DNA from: Gemmatimonadota bacterium | GTDB taxonomy: Bacteria; Gemmatimonadota; Gemmatimonadetes; Gemmatimonadales; GWC2-71-9 | Assembly: GCA_046728135.1 (NCBI GenBank) | Contig: JBKPDZ010000036.1 | Span: 1 to 61,263, forward strand | Length of the DNA stretch: 61,263 nt | Reading direction: 5' to 3' | Part shown: piece by piece, positions 43,704 to 52,509 of the stretch | How the letters are laid out: each line of letters begins with the position of its first letter | How positions within the stretch are numbered: position 1 is the first letter of the stretch | Notes under the pieces: generated by a model | The model's input: the letters and a program-made list of their open reading frames with translations, nothing else | Told to the model about the DNA's origin: nothing | Database searches by the model: none | Position numbers and translations under genes: made by a program

Positions 43704-45905
43704 ATGGCTTTCCCGACTCGACCTCCACCCCCCTCGACCGCCGTTCACCGCCCTTGGGTGTCACGCTGGTGGTACGATCCCGTCCAGCGGCGGCGCGTGA
43801 TCATCGCGACGGTGCTCGCACTGCTCTACATGAGCGGCCTGGCCTATGGCTCGTGGACGCGCGTGTGCGCGTCGGAGCGCTGCCCGAGCATCACGCGCAT
43901 CGACCCCTCCACGGGGCACAACGTTCAGGTCCAGACGTCAAAGGTGTACGCGGCGGACGGCCGGCTGATTACCGAGCTTGGCATCCAGCGGCGCACCGTG
44001 CTGCCGCTGGAACAGATTCCGGTCCACGTGCGTCAGGCGTTCATCGCGGTCGAGGACAAGCGCTTCTACCAGCACCACGGCATCGACTATTGGCGGATCC
44101 TGGGTGCGCTCAAAGCCAATATCACGACGCTGCACTACACCCAGGGATTCTCGACGATCACGATGCAGCTCGCGCGCAACGTGTTCCCCGAGCACCTCGG
44201 GCGGGAAAAGAAGCTGGCGCGCAAGCTGCGCGAAGCGCGCGTGGCGGTGGAGCTGGAGCGCAACTTCCCGAAGGACACGATTCTCGAGCTGTACCTCAAT
44301 CAGATCGACTTGGGGCCCAACATCGCCGGCGTCGAGGCCGCGGCGCAGGTGTACTTCGGGAAGTCCGCACGGGACGTGAACGTGGCCGAAGCGGCGACGC
44401 TCGCCGCGCTGCCCAAGGCCCCGGGGACCTACAATCCGCGCAACCACCCCGACAACGCGATTCGCCGCCGGAATGCCGTGCTGAACCTGATGCGCGACCA
44501 GGGATTTCTGAGTACGGAAGACGCGGAGTTCTGGAAAGCCTATCCACTCGTGTTGACGACGCGGCGCACGAGCTACGGCGATGTCGCCCCGTATTTCGTC
44601 GAATGGCTGCGGTCGCAATTCCTCGAGCCGCGCTTTGGGCGCGATCTCTACGACAAGGGTCTGCGGATCTACACGACGCTCGACCTCGATATGCAGGAGG
44701 CGGCGGAGCAGGCGCTCGAATCGCAGCTCGACGAGATCGAATCCGGCGTCTACTCGAACGGCAAGTTCGAGGGGACGCCGTATCGCGAATTCATGGAGCA
44801 GGGGCACGCCACGCCGGAGGAGCAGGGCCCGTTCGCGCCGTACCTCCAGGGCGCGCTGCTCGCGCTGGACGCGAAGACCGGCAACATCCTCGCAATGGTG
44901 GGCGGGCGGGACTTTGTGGATTCGAAATGGAATCGCGTCACCCAATCGACGCGGCCCCCCGGCTCGACCTTCAAGCCGTTCGTCTACTCGGCGGCGGTAC
45001 GCGCCGGGCATCCCGTGACGGAGATGCTCGACGACTCGCCGCTCAATCCGCCGGTGCGCCAGCTCGACAGCTCGCTGTGGCAGCCCAAAGACTACGACGA
45101 TACGACGCTCGGCATGATCCCGATGCGCCAGTCGCTCTACCTCTCGCGCAACCTGTCTACCATCAAACTCGGCATGGCGCTCGGCGAGCAGACGGTGATC
45201 GGCGAGGCGCGGCGCTATGGTCTCACGACGCCGTTACCCCCGTATCCCGCCGTGCACATCGGCGCCAACGGGGTGAAGCCCATCGAGCTGATCGCGGCGT
45301 ACACGTCGTTTGCGAACAACGGCACGCGGGTCGAGCCGATCGGCATTCAGCGCATCGAGGATAAACAAGGCAACATCCTCTATCAGTCGGCTGTGAAACG
45401 CGAACAGGTGTTGGATCCCGAGCACAACTGGCTCATGCTCGACATGATGCGCGACGTGATGCGCTGCCAGCCGGGTACGGGGCCGCACCGCTGCGGCACG
45501 GCCGCCGGTGCCGTGGGCGGTTTGCGCATCCCCATGGCCGGGAAGACCGGGACCACGGACGACTACACGGACGCGTGGTTCGTTGGCTACACGCCTGAGA
45601 TCGTTACGGGTATCTGGATCGGGTATGATTTGCAGCGCCGCATCATGAACAACGCGGGCGGCGGCCGCATCGTCGCACCGGCGTGGACGAAGTTCATGCG
45701 CGACGTGTACGAGCGTCGCCCGGCCCCGGGCGACTGGGCGCGACCGGACGATCTCGTCACACGCGAGGTCGATTGGTCGAACGGTTTCCTGGCGACGCCG
45801 TTCTGCCCGCTCGAGGTGCGGCGCTGGGAGTGGTTCTACCCCGGCACGGAACCCAGCCAGGTATGTCAGGTTCATTCGCCCTTTGGAGTAGGGGTGACGC
45901 CCTGA
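43704..45905 (+). CDS. Class A penicillin-binding protein (PBP1A-type transglycosylase/transpeptidase)
   Basis: GT51 motifs (AVEDKRFYQHHGID, RKLREA), transpeptidase motifs STFKP and KTGTT, and an N-terminal TM anchor. Confidence 0.93.
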   Translation: MAFPTRPPPPSTAVHRPWVSRWWYDPVQRRRVIIATVLALLYMSGLAYGSWTRVCASERCPSITRIDPSTGHNVQVQTSKVYAADGRLITELGIQRRTVLPLEQIPVHVRQAFIAVEDKRFYQHHGIDYWRILGALKANITTLHYTQGFSTITMQLARNVFPEHLGREKKLARKLREARVAVELERNFPKDTILELYLNQIDLGPNIAGVEAAAQVYFGKSARDVNVAEAATLAALPKAPGTYNPRNHPDNAIRRRNAVLNLMRDQGFLSTEDAEFWKAYPLVLTTRRTSYGDVAPYFVEWLRSQFLEPRFGRDLYDKGLRIYTTLDLDMQEAAEQALESQLDEIESGVYSNGKFEGTPYREFMEQGHATPEEQGPFAPYLQGALLALDAKTGNILAMVGGRDFVDSKWNRVTQSTRPPGSTFKPFVYSAAVRAGHPVTEMLDDSPLNPPVRQLDSSLWQPKDYDDTTLGMIPMRQSLYLSRNLSTIKLGMALGEQTVIGEARRYGLTTPLPPYPAVHIGANGVKPIELIAAYTSFANNGTRVEPIGIQRIEDKQGNILYQSAVKREQVLDPEHNWLMLDMMRDVMRCQPGTGPHRCGTAAGAVGGLRIPMAGKTGTTDDYTDAWFVGYTPEIVTGIWIGYDLQRRIMNNAGGGRIVAPAWTKFMRDVYERRPAPGDWARPDDLVTREVDWSNGFLATPFCPLEVRRWEWFYPGTEPSQVCQVHSPFGVGVTP

Positions 45906-45908
45906 GGC

Positions 45909-45972
45909 GCTATTGGCTATCAGCTATCGGCTATCGGGTAAGCCGGTAGCCAATAGCCGATAGCCGATAGCC
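45909..45972. repeat. Word-built hairpin: 4 x GCTATYR heptamers, an 8-nt loop, then 4 x complement
   Basis: GCTATTG GCTATCA GCTATCG GCTATCG ggtaagcc GGTAGCC AATAGCC GATAGCC GATAGCC forms an imperfect stem of about 29 bp. It fills the gap between the PBP stop and the next start. Confidence 0.9.
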
Positions 45973-45976
45973 GCAG

Positions 45977-47182
45977 TTGCTTCGCATCCGAGCTGGCCGG
46001 GTCCATCCCATCACGGCGCCGCCCATTGAGGACGGCGCCGTTCTTGTTGATGCGAACGGGAAGATCGCGGCTGTGGGACGGGATGCGCAGGTGCCATCGC
46101 CCCGCGGCCTACAATCGCTGCATTTCCCGGATGCCCAGCTGACCCCCGGACTCGTGAACTGCCATACGCATCTCGAGCTGACGCATCTGGGTGGCGGGGT
46201 CAAGCACGACGAGGCGGAATTCCTGAAATGGATTCGCCGGATTCGCGAGCTGAAGGACGCCACCAGCGCCGAGGCGTTCTACGAGGCGGCCGTGGCCGGC
46301 GTGCGCGATTGCTGGGCGCAGGGGGTCACCTGCATCGCGGAGACGGGCAGCACCGGCGCCGTCATGAGAGCGCTGCACGACCTGGGCGGCCGGGGGATTG
46401 TGTATCAGGAAGTCTTCGGCCCCGATCCCGCGAAGTGCCGCGCCAGTATGACGGAGCTGGAGACGGCGATCGAGTCGCTGCGCGGCTTGGAGACTCCTTC
46501 GCTTCGACTGGGCGCGTCGCCACATGCGCCGTATACAGTGAGCGCGCAGCTCTATGAGGCCGTCGCCGCGTTCGCCAAAAGGGAGCGACTCCCCGTCGCT
46601 GTGCACATCGCTGAGTCCAAAGAGGAAACGCTGTTCGTTCGCGATGGCGCCGGCCCCTTTGCAGACGCACTCCGCGCGCGCGGCATCGCCGTCGAGCCAC
46701 AAGCATGCTCGCCCGTTTCGTATCTCGTGAGACGTGCCGTCGTGCAACGTGGGACTCTGTGTATTCACTGTGTTCAAGTGGACGACGCCGATGTCAAGCT
46801 GTTGCGGAATGTCGGAGCGTCAGTAGCGCACTGCCCGCTCTCCAATGCAGCGCACGGGCACGGCCACTCACCGGTCAGTCTGTTGCGGGAATCCGGCGTG
46901 CCGGTCGGATTGGGAACCGACTCGGTCGTCAGCGTTGGCGAGCTGAACCTGTGGGCCGAGGCCGACGCGGCGGGACTGCGCGGGGAGGCGGCATTGCAGG
47001 CGCTTACAATAGAAGGGGCGCGCGCGCTCGGCTGGGACCGAGAGATCGGCTCGCTGGAAGTCGGAAAAGCGGCTGATCTTGCTGTTTTTTCCTCCACCAT
47101 CCTTCACCAACCTCCACCGTCCTCCACCGCCCTCCTGACAGTAGTCAGCGGCCGGATCGTGCATCAGATTTCCGCCCCATGA
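45977..47182 (+). CDS. Amidohydrolase family protein (chlorohydrolase/deaminase-like)
   Basis: TTG start. PGLVNCHTHLEL (the HxH metal site), later HIAES and GTDS. The C-terminal tail is encoded by a decamer array. Confidence 0.8.
   Translation: MLRIRAGRVHPITAPPIEDGAVLVDANGKIAAVGRDAQVPSPRGLQSLHFPDAQLTPGLVNCHTHLELTHLGGGVKHDEAEFLKWIRRIRELKDATSAEAFYEAAVAGVRDCWAQGVTCIAETGSTGAVMRALHDLGGRGIVYQEVFGPDPAKCRASMTELETAIESLRGLETPSLRLGASPHAPYTVSAQLYEAVAAFAKRERLPVAVHIAESKEETLFVRDGAGPFADALRARGIAVEPQACSPVSYLVRRAVVQRGTLCIHCVQVDDADVKLLRNVGASVAHCPLSNAAHGHGHSPVSLLRESGVPVGLGTDSVVSVGELNLWAEADAAGLRGEAALQALTIEGARALGWDREIGSLEVGKAADLAVFSSTILHQPPPSSTALLTVVSGRIVHQISAP
47090..47139. repeat. Tandem decamer array (TCCTCCACCR-like, about 5 units)
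   Basis: Reads TCCTCCACCA TCCTTCACCA ACCTCCACCG TCCTCCACCG CCCTCCTGAC. It lies in the amidohydrolase 3' region and encodes …STILHQPPPSSTALL…. Related strings occur at 43722-43750 and 47715-47731. Confidence 0.8.
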
Positions 47183-47643
47183 AAACGCAGCGTCACGCGG
47201 CCATTCTGCGGATCGTGCGCGGGGAGACGGTGGGCAGTCAGGAACAGCTCCGCGAGCGCCTCAAAGCCGAAGGCTTCAACGTGACGCAGGCGACGCTGTC
47301 GCGGGACATCCGCGAGCTGGGTCTCGCCAAAGTCGCGGCGCCCGACGGCGGGTCGCACTACGCCGCGGGACCCGAAGGTGGCGCGGGCGGGGGTGTACGC
47401 CAGCATCTCGAGCAGCTGCTCCCGACGATGCTGGTTTCCGCGGAAGGCGTCGGCCCGCTTCTCGTGCTGAAGACGACGACGGGCGCCGCCCAGGCGCTGG
47501 GCCTGGCGCTCGACGGCGCCGGGTGGAGTGAAATCATCGGCACCATCGCTGGTGACGATGCCATTCTGGTCATCACTCGCAGCGAGCGAGGCCGCCGCGC
47601 CGTCCAGACGCGGCTGCAGGAGCTCGCAGGACTCCCCGCATGA
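47179..47643 (+). CDS. argR: Arginine repressor
   Basis: RHAAILRIV…QEQL…L…GFNVTQATLSRDIRELGL (winged HTH) plus the C-terminal oligomerisation domain GTIAGDDAILV. Confidence 0.9.
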   Translation: MKTQRHAAILRIVRGETVGSQEQLRERLKAEGFNVTQATLSRDIRELGLAKVAAPDGGSHYAAGPEGGAGGGVRQHLEQLLPTMLVSAEGVGPLLVLKTTTGAAQALGLALDGAGWSEIIGTIAGDDAILVITRSERGRRAVQTRLQELAGLPA

Positions 47644-48368
47644 AAACTCCGATTGGACTCGCAGGACTACTCGTACTCACCAGCATTGGCAACGCCCAAT
47701 CACAGCATTCGCAATCTCCACCGTCCTCTACTAACACTCCCCAGAACACGCTGACCGATGCCGAAAAAGCGGCCGGTTGGCGCCTGCTGTTCGATGGCAG
47801 AACCACCGCCGGCTGGCGCAACTACGGCAAGCCGACGATTTCCGACGGATGGAAGGCGGAGGACGGCGCGCTGACGCGCGTGGGCGCCGGTGGTGATATC
47901 ATCACCAACGACGAATTCGGCAACTTCGAGCTGACGCTCGAGTGGAAGATCGAGAAGGCGGGAAACAGCGGCATCTTCTACCGCGCGAGCGAAGACAGTG
48001 ACGCCATTTACTGGAACGCTCCCGAGATGCAGGTGCTGGATGACGCGCACCATCCCGACGGCCTGTCGCGGCTCACGTCGGCAGGCGCCGCCTACGACCT
48101 CTACCCGGCGCCGGCCGGGATCGTGAAGCCTGCCAACGAGTGGAATGCCGTGCGGCTCGTCGTGAACGGGAATCACGTGGAGCACTGGCTCAACGGCGTG
48201 AAAATCGTCGAATACGAGTTCGGCAGCCGGGATTGGGATGCGAAGGTCGCGGCGAGCAAATTCGCCCCGCACCCCCACTTCGGAAAGAACAGCCGCGGCC
48301 ACATCGGCCTGCAGGATCACGGCAATGTGGTCGCCTTCCGCAACATCAAAATTCGAGTCCTGCCATGA
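47640..48368 (+). CDS. Secreted DUF1080 (3-keto-disaccharide hydrolase-like) protein
   Basis: Signal peptide, then GWRLLFDGRTTAGWRNY…, NSGIFYR and GHIGLQDHGNVVAFRNIKI, the typical DUF1080 pattern. Confidence 0.8.
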   Translation: MKTPIGLAGLLVLTSIGNAQSQHSQSPPSSTNTPQNTLTDAEKAAGWRLLFDGRTTAGWRNYGKPTISDGWKAEDGALTRVGAGGDIITNDEFGNFELTLEWKIEKAGNSGIFYRASEDSDAIYWNAPEMQVLDDAHHPDGLSRLTSAGAAYDLYPAPAGIVKPANEWNAVRLVVNGNHVEHWLNGVKIVEYEFGSRDWDAKVAASKFAPHPHFGKNSRGHIGLQDHGNVVAFRNIKIRVLP

Positions 48369-49711
48369 GCAAACAGCGCATTACGCGGCGGAAATTCGTC
48401 GGCGACGTCGCCGCCGCCGGCCTGTCGTTCACGATCGTGTCTCCGCACGTGCTCGGCGCGCGCGGCCGGAATCGGCTGGCGCCCAGTGACAAGCTGAACA
48501 TCGCGTGCATCGGGGTGGGCGGCATGGGCGCGAACGACGTGCGCGGGGTGGGGAAGACGGAAAACATCTACGCGCTGTGCGACGTGGACGACCGCCAGGC
48601 GGCGCAATCGTTCACGGCGTTCCCGCTGGCCAAGCGGTTCAAGGATTTCCGGGTGCTGCTCGATAAAGAAGGAAAGAACATCGACGCCGTTACGGTGTCG
48701 ACGCCCGATCACACGCACACGGTCGCCGGCATGGCGGCGATGAAGCTCGGCAAGCACACGCGGATTCAGAAGCCGCTCGCGCGGACGCTGTGGGAGGTGA
48801 AGCAGCTCGAAGACATGGCGCGCAAAGCAAAGGTCGCGACCCAGATGGGGAATCAGGGCCACGCCGAAGAAGGGACGCGCCTGATTCGCGAGTGGGTGGA
48901 AGCGGGCCTCATCGGGACCGTGCGCGAGATCCAGCTCTGGACCAACCGGCCGATCTGGCCGCAGGCGATCGACCGGCCGCTCGAGGACTACCACACGCCC
49001 GACACGATCGATTGGGACCTGTGGCTCGGGCCTGCGCCGGCACGGCCCTACAATCCTGCCTACGCGCCATTCAAATGGCGGGGCTGGTGGGATTTTGGAA
49101 CCGGCGCGCTCGGCGACATCGCCTGTCATTCCATGGACGCGTCGTTCTGGACGCTCGATCTCGGGTATCCGACGCGCATCGAAGCCGAATCCACCAAACT
49201 CTACCCCGAGACGGCGCCGGCCTGCTCGCGCATCACCTACAGCTTCGCAGCGAAGGGCAGTCGTCCGGCGGTGACCGTGGTGTGGCGCGACGGCAGCCTC
49301 TATCCGCCTCGACCGAAGGAGTTCACGGATCCGGCGTCATGGCCGTTCGACACGAGCGGCCAGCTGTGGATGGGCGACTCCGGCAGGCTGATCGCGGGGA
49401 TTTACGGGGAAAACCCGCGCCTGCTCGACGACGCCAAGCAGGCCGAGGTCACGGCGCATCCGGTCCCGCAAAAGTATCCGCGCACCGAGGGGGTGTACGC
49501 CGAGTGGATCGCGGCGTGCAAAGGGGGCAAGCCGGCTGGGTCGAACATCCCCGATCACTCGGGGCCGCTCACGGAGATGGTGCTGCTGGGCAACCTGGCG
49601 GTGCGGACGGCGCAGCCGGTCGATGTGAATCCTGCAACGGGGGCGGTTCTGACCCCCGGTATCCCGGAGGAGTTCGTGAAGCCGAGGTACCGGCAGGGGT
49701 GGGGATGGTGA
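48365..49711 (+). CDS. Gfo/Idh/MocA family oxidoreductase with a twin-arginine signal
   Basis: ATG at 48365 overlaps the upstream stop (ATGA). ITRRKFVGDVAAAG (Tat motif) and IACIGVGGMGAND (Rossmann fold). Confidence 0.88.
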   Translation: MSKQRITRRKFVGDVAAAGLSFTIVSPHVLGARGRNRLAPSDKLNIACIGVGGMGANDVRGVGKTENIYALCDVDDRQAAQSFTAFPLAKRFKDFRVLLDKEGKNIDAVTVSTPDHTHTVAGMAAMKLGKHTRIQKPLARTLWEVKQLEDMARKAKVATQMGNQGHAEEGTRLIREWVEAGLIGTVREIQLWTNRPIWPQAIDRPLEDYHTPDTIDWDLWLGPAPARPYNPAYAPFKWRGWWDFGTGALGDIACHSMDASFWTLDLGYPTRIEAESTKLYPETAPACSRITYSFAAKGSRPAVTVVWRDGSLYPPRPKEFTDPASWPFDTSGQLWMGDSGRLIAGIYGENPRLLDDAKQAEVTAHPVPQKYPRTEGVYAEWIAACKGGKPAGSNIPDHSGPLTEMVLLGNLAVRTAQPVDVNPATGAVLTPGIPEEFVKPRYRQGWGW

Positions 49712-49739
49712 GCTACAGGGGCGCCCGTTGGTGAATGGT

Positions 49740-49767
49740 GTAGGGGCGCAGCATGCTGCGCCCCTAC
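49740..49767. repeat. REP-type palindrome, copy 3 (GTAGGGGCGCAGCATGCTGCGCCCCTAC, perfect)
   Basis: Identical to copy 2. Lies 29 nt after the oxidoreductase stop and 70 nt before the argG ATG. Confidence 0.9.
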
Positions 49768-49815
49768 CATGACAAACTTGCGTCCCGTTGGGTCCTTGCG
49801 AACGCATCTGGACTA

Positions 49816-49851
49816 GGTGTATTTTTATGCACCACTATGCATAAACAACAC
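49816..49851 (+). promoter_or_regulatory. Candidate ArgR operator (two ARG-box-like sites) overlapping the argG start
   Basis: This is the only AT-rich island nearby: TGTATTTTTATGCA (49818-49831; 12/14 match to the TGAAT-W4-ATTCA core) and TGCATAAACAACAC (49838-49851), with cores 20 nt apart. argR lies 2.2 kb upstream. Confidence 0.45.
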
Positions 49852-51081
49852 AACGGCAACACCGGCCCGCTCGTGGTGCTCGCCTATTCCGGCGGGCTCG
49901 ACACGTCCGCGATCGTCCCCTGGCTGCGCGAGCAGTACGGCGCGCGCGTCGTCTGCTTTGCCGCCGATGTGGGACAGGGGCTCGGCGAGCTCGACGGGCT
50001 GATCGCGAAAGCCAGACGCTCCGGCGCCGAAGACTGCATCGTCGAAGATCTGCGCGAGGAATTCGTGCGCGACTTCGTTTTTCCCACGCTGCGGGCCGGC
50101 GCCATCTACGCACGCACCTACTTGTTGGGCACGTCGATGGCGCGGCCGCTTACGGCCGCGCATCAGGTCGCGGTCGCACAGCGCCTCGGCGCAGACGCCG
50201 TCGCGCACGGCTGCACCGGCAAGGGCAATGATCAAGTCCGCTTCGAGCTGACCTACGCGGCGCTCGCCCCCGAGCTGCAAATCATCGCGCCGTGGCGCGA
50301 ATGGAAATTCCAAGGCCGCGAAGATCTCATCGCCTACGTGCACGCCAAGGGCGTGCCGGTGCAGGCGACCGCCGAGCAGCCGTACTCCACCGACCGCAAC
50401 CTGTGGCACTGCTCGCACGAGGGCGGCATCCTCGAGGATCCGTCACAAGAAGCCCCCGAGCACATCTTCGTCATGACGAAGAATCCGCTCGAGGCGCCGG
50501 ATGAACCCGTCGTCGTCACCATCGGATTCGAAGAAGGCAATCCCACCAGCCTCGACGCCGTCCCGCTCGGTCCTGTCGAGCTGCTCGAGCAGCTGAATGA
50601 AGTCGCCGGCGAGCACGGCGTTGGACGCGCCGACGTCGTCGAAGACCGGCTCGTGGGCATGAAGTCGCGTGGCGTGTACGAGACGCCGGGTGGCACGGTG
50701 CTCTACGCGGCGCACCGCGAGCTGGAGCAGATGGTGCTCGATCGCCGGACGCTCAGAATGAAGGACGAGCTGGCGCTGCGCTACGCCGATCTGGTGTACG
50801 ACGGGCTTTGGTGGACGCCGGAGCGCGAGGCGCTCGATGCCCTCGTCAGCGCGACCCAGAAGAATGTCACCGGCACCGTCCGGCTGAAGCTGTTCAAGGG
50901 GAACGTCATCGTTGCCGGCCGTGAGAGCCCGTTCGCGCTGTACCAGCCGTCGTACGCGACGTTCGGCAAGGACAACGTCTACAACCAGAAGGACGCCGAG
51001 GGGTTCATCCGGCTGTACGGGCTCGCGAGCAGAATCGCCGCCGGCCTGGCGGCCGAGCGGACGGATGTCCCAACGCGCTGA
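49837..51081 (+). CDS. argG: Argininosuccinate synthase
   Basis: ATG at 49837 gives MHKQHNGNTGPLVVLAYSGGLDTS…, with AHGCTGKGNDQVRFE and a full-length ArgG. The track's upstream extension begins inside the REP palindrome. Confidence 0.93.
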   Translation: MHKQHNGNTGPLVVLAYSGGLDTSAIVPWLREQYGARVVCFAADVGQGLGELDGLIAKARRSGAEDCIVEDLREEFVRDFVFPTLRAGAIYARTYLLGTSMARPLTAAHQVAVAQRLGADAVAHGCTGKGNDQVRFELTYAALAPELQIIAPWREWKFQGREDLIAYVHAKGVPVQATAEQPYSTDRNLWHCSHEGGILEDPSQEAPEHIFVMTKNPLEAPDEPVVVTIGFEEGNPTSLDAVPLGPVELLEQLNEVAGEHGVGRADVVEDRLVGMKSRGVYETPGGTVLYAAHRELEQMVLDRRTLRMKDELALRYADLVYDGLWWTPEREALDALVSATQKNVTGTVRLKLFKGNVIVAGRESPFALYQPSYATFGKDNVYNQKDAEGFIRLYGLASRIAAGLAAERTDVPTR

Positions 51082-52465
51082 TCTGCATCAAATGTGGGGC
51101 GGGCGCTTCGCTCTCGGACCGAGCGAGGCGCTCGCTGCTTTAAACCGCTCCCTTCCCGTCGACCATCGCCTCTGGCCGCAAGATGTCTTCGCGAGCAAAG
51201 CGTGGGTACACGCGCTATGCCGCGCGGGCGTGCTGAGCGCCAGCGAAGAATCTCAGCTCCTTGAGGGCCTGGACCGCGTTGCCGAAAAGCTGGCCGATGG
51301 CGCGGCGGTCGGCGCACCCGACGAAGACGTGCACACGCTCGTCGAGCGGCTGCTCTACGCCGAGGTGGGTGCGGTCGCCGGGAAGCTGCACACCGGCCGC
51401 TCCCGCAATGACCAGGTCGCGACCGACCTGCGGCTCTGGACGCTCAGCGCGATTGACGAGTTGGATGCAGCCGTTGCCGCCCTGGGACGCGCGCTCGTCA
51501 CGAAAGCGAAAGACGGCGTCGACGCGATTCTGCCCGGCTACACTCACGGCCAGCGTGCCCAGCCGGTGCGCTGGGCGTATGTGCTGCTCGCGCATGCCTG
51601 GCCGCTGGTGCGTGACCGCCAGCGACTCGCCGACGCGCGCCGCCGCACGGCCGAGATGCCGCTCGGCTCGGGGGCGCTCGCGGGCTCCGGCTTTCCCGTG
51701 GACCGCGTGCTCCTGAAGGAAGCGCTCGGCTTCCGTGCGATTTCCGCCAATGCGCTCGACGCGACCGGGGACCGCGACTTCGTCGCGGATGTGTTGTTCG
51801 CCATCGCGCTCACCGGCGCGCACCTCTCGCGCCTCGGCGCGGAGCTGATCATTTACGCGAGCGGGGAGTTCGGGTTCGTCACGCTCGCCGACGCCTTCAG
51901 CACCGGCTCGAGCCTCATGCCGCAGAAACGCAACCCAGACGTGTTCGAGCTCGCGCGGGGCAAAGCGGGACGCCTGCTGGGCGACTGCGTTGCTCTGCTG
52001 ACGACGCTGAAGGGAATCCCCGCCGGCTATCAAAAAGACCTGCAGGAAGACAAGGCGCTGCTGTTTGACGCGTGCGACACGCTGGCGACCGTTTTGCCGG
52101 CGGTGACCGGTGCGATCGAGACGCTCACGGTCCATGTCGATCGCATGGCCGCCGCGCTCGATCCCGCGATGCGAGCCACAGATCTCGCTGATATGCTCGT
52201 CGAAGCGGGCGTGCCGTTCCGCGAGAGTCACGGATTGATTGGGAAACTCGTCCGCGCGGCCGAGCAGGCTGGTGTCACGTTGGACAAAGTGCCTGCCAAA
52301 GTGGCGACCGACATCCATCCAGCATTGGGACCCGCGTTGGCACAACTCGGCACGTGGGAGAAAAGCGTCGAAAGCCGTGCCACGCCTGGAGGTGCCTCGC
52401 GCGCGTCGGTGGAGTCGCAACTAGAGGACTTACGAAGGCTGTTTCAGCCCGCAGCGAGCGTGTAA
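51065..52465 (+). CDS. argH: Argininosuccinate lyase
   Basis: ATG at 51065 gives MSQRADLHQMWGGRF…, with TGRSRNDQVATDLRLW and GSSLMPQKRNPD (the fumarate-lyase signature). Overlaps the argG end by 17 nt. Confidence 0.93.
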   Translation: MSQRADLHQMWGGRFALGPSEALAALNRSLPVDHRLWPQDVFASKAWVHALCRAGVLSASEESQLLEGLDRVAEKLADGAAVGAPDEDVHTLVERLLYAEVGAVAGKLHTGRSRNDQVATDLRLWTLSAIDELDAAVAALGRALVTKAKDGVDAILPGYTHGQRAQPVRWAYVLLAHAWPLVRDRQRLADARRRTAEMPLGSGALAGSGFPVDRVLLKEALGFRAISANALDATGDRDFVADVLFAIALTGAHLSRLGAELIIYASGEFGFVTLADAFSTGSSLMPQKRNPDVFELARGKAGRLLGDCVALLTTLKGIPAGYQKDLQEDKALLFDACDTLATVLPAVTGAIETLTVHVDRMAAALDPAMRATDLADMLVEAGVPFRESHGLIGKLVRAAEQAGVTLDKVPAKVATDIHPALGPALAQLGTWEKSVESRATPGGASRASVESQLEDLRRLFQPAASV

Positions 52466-52509
52466 ACGCGTCACTTGCTGCAACTTGTCGGTTGGTATTA
52501 GCATATCGC

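Noticed and set aside
43019-45364. A 781-aa ORF spanning the tyrS antisense strand and an alternative frame of the PBP gene
   Set aside because: tyrS and PBP1A are unambiguous from their motifs. The long ORF exists only because stop codons are scarce in GC-rich sequence.
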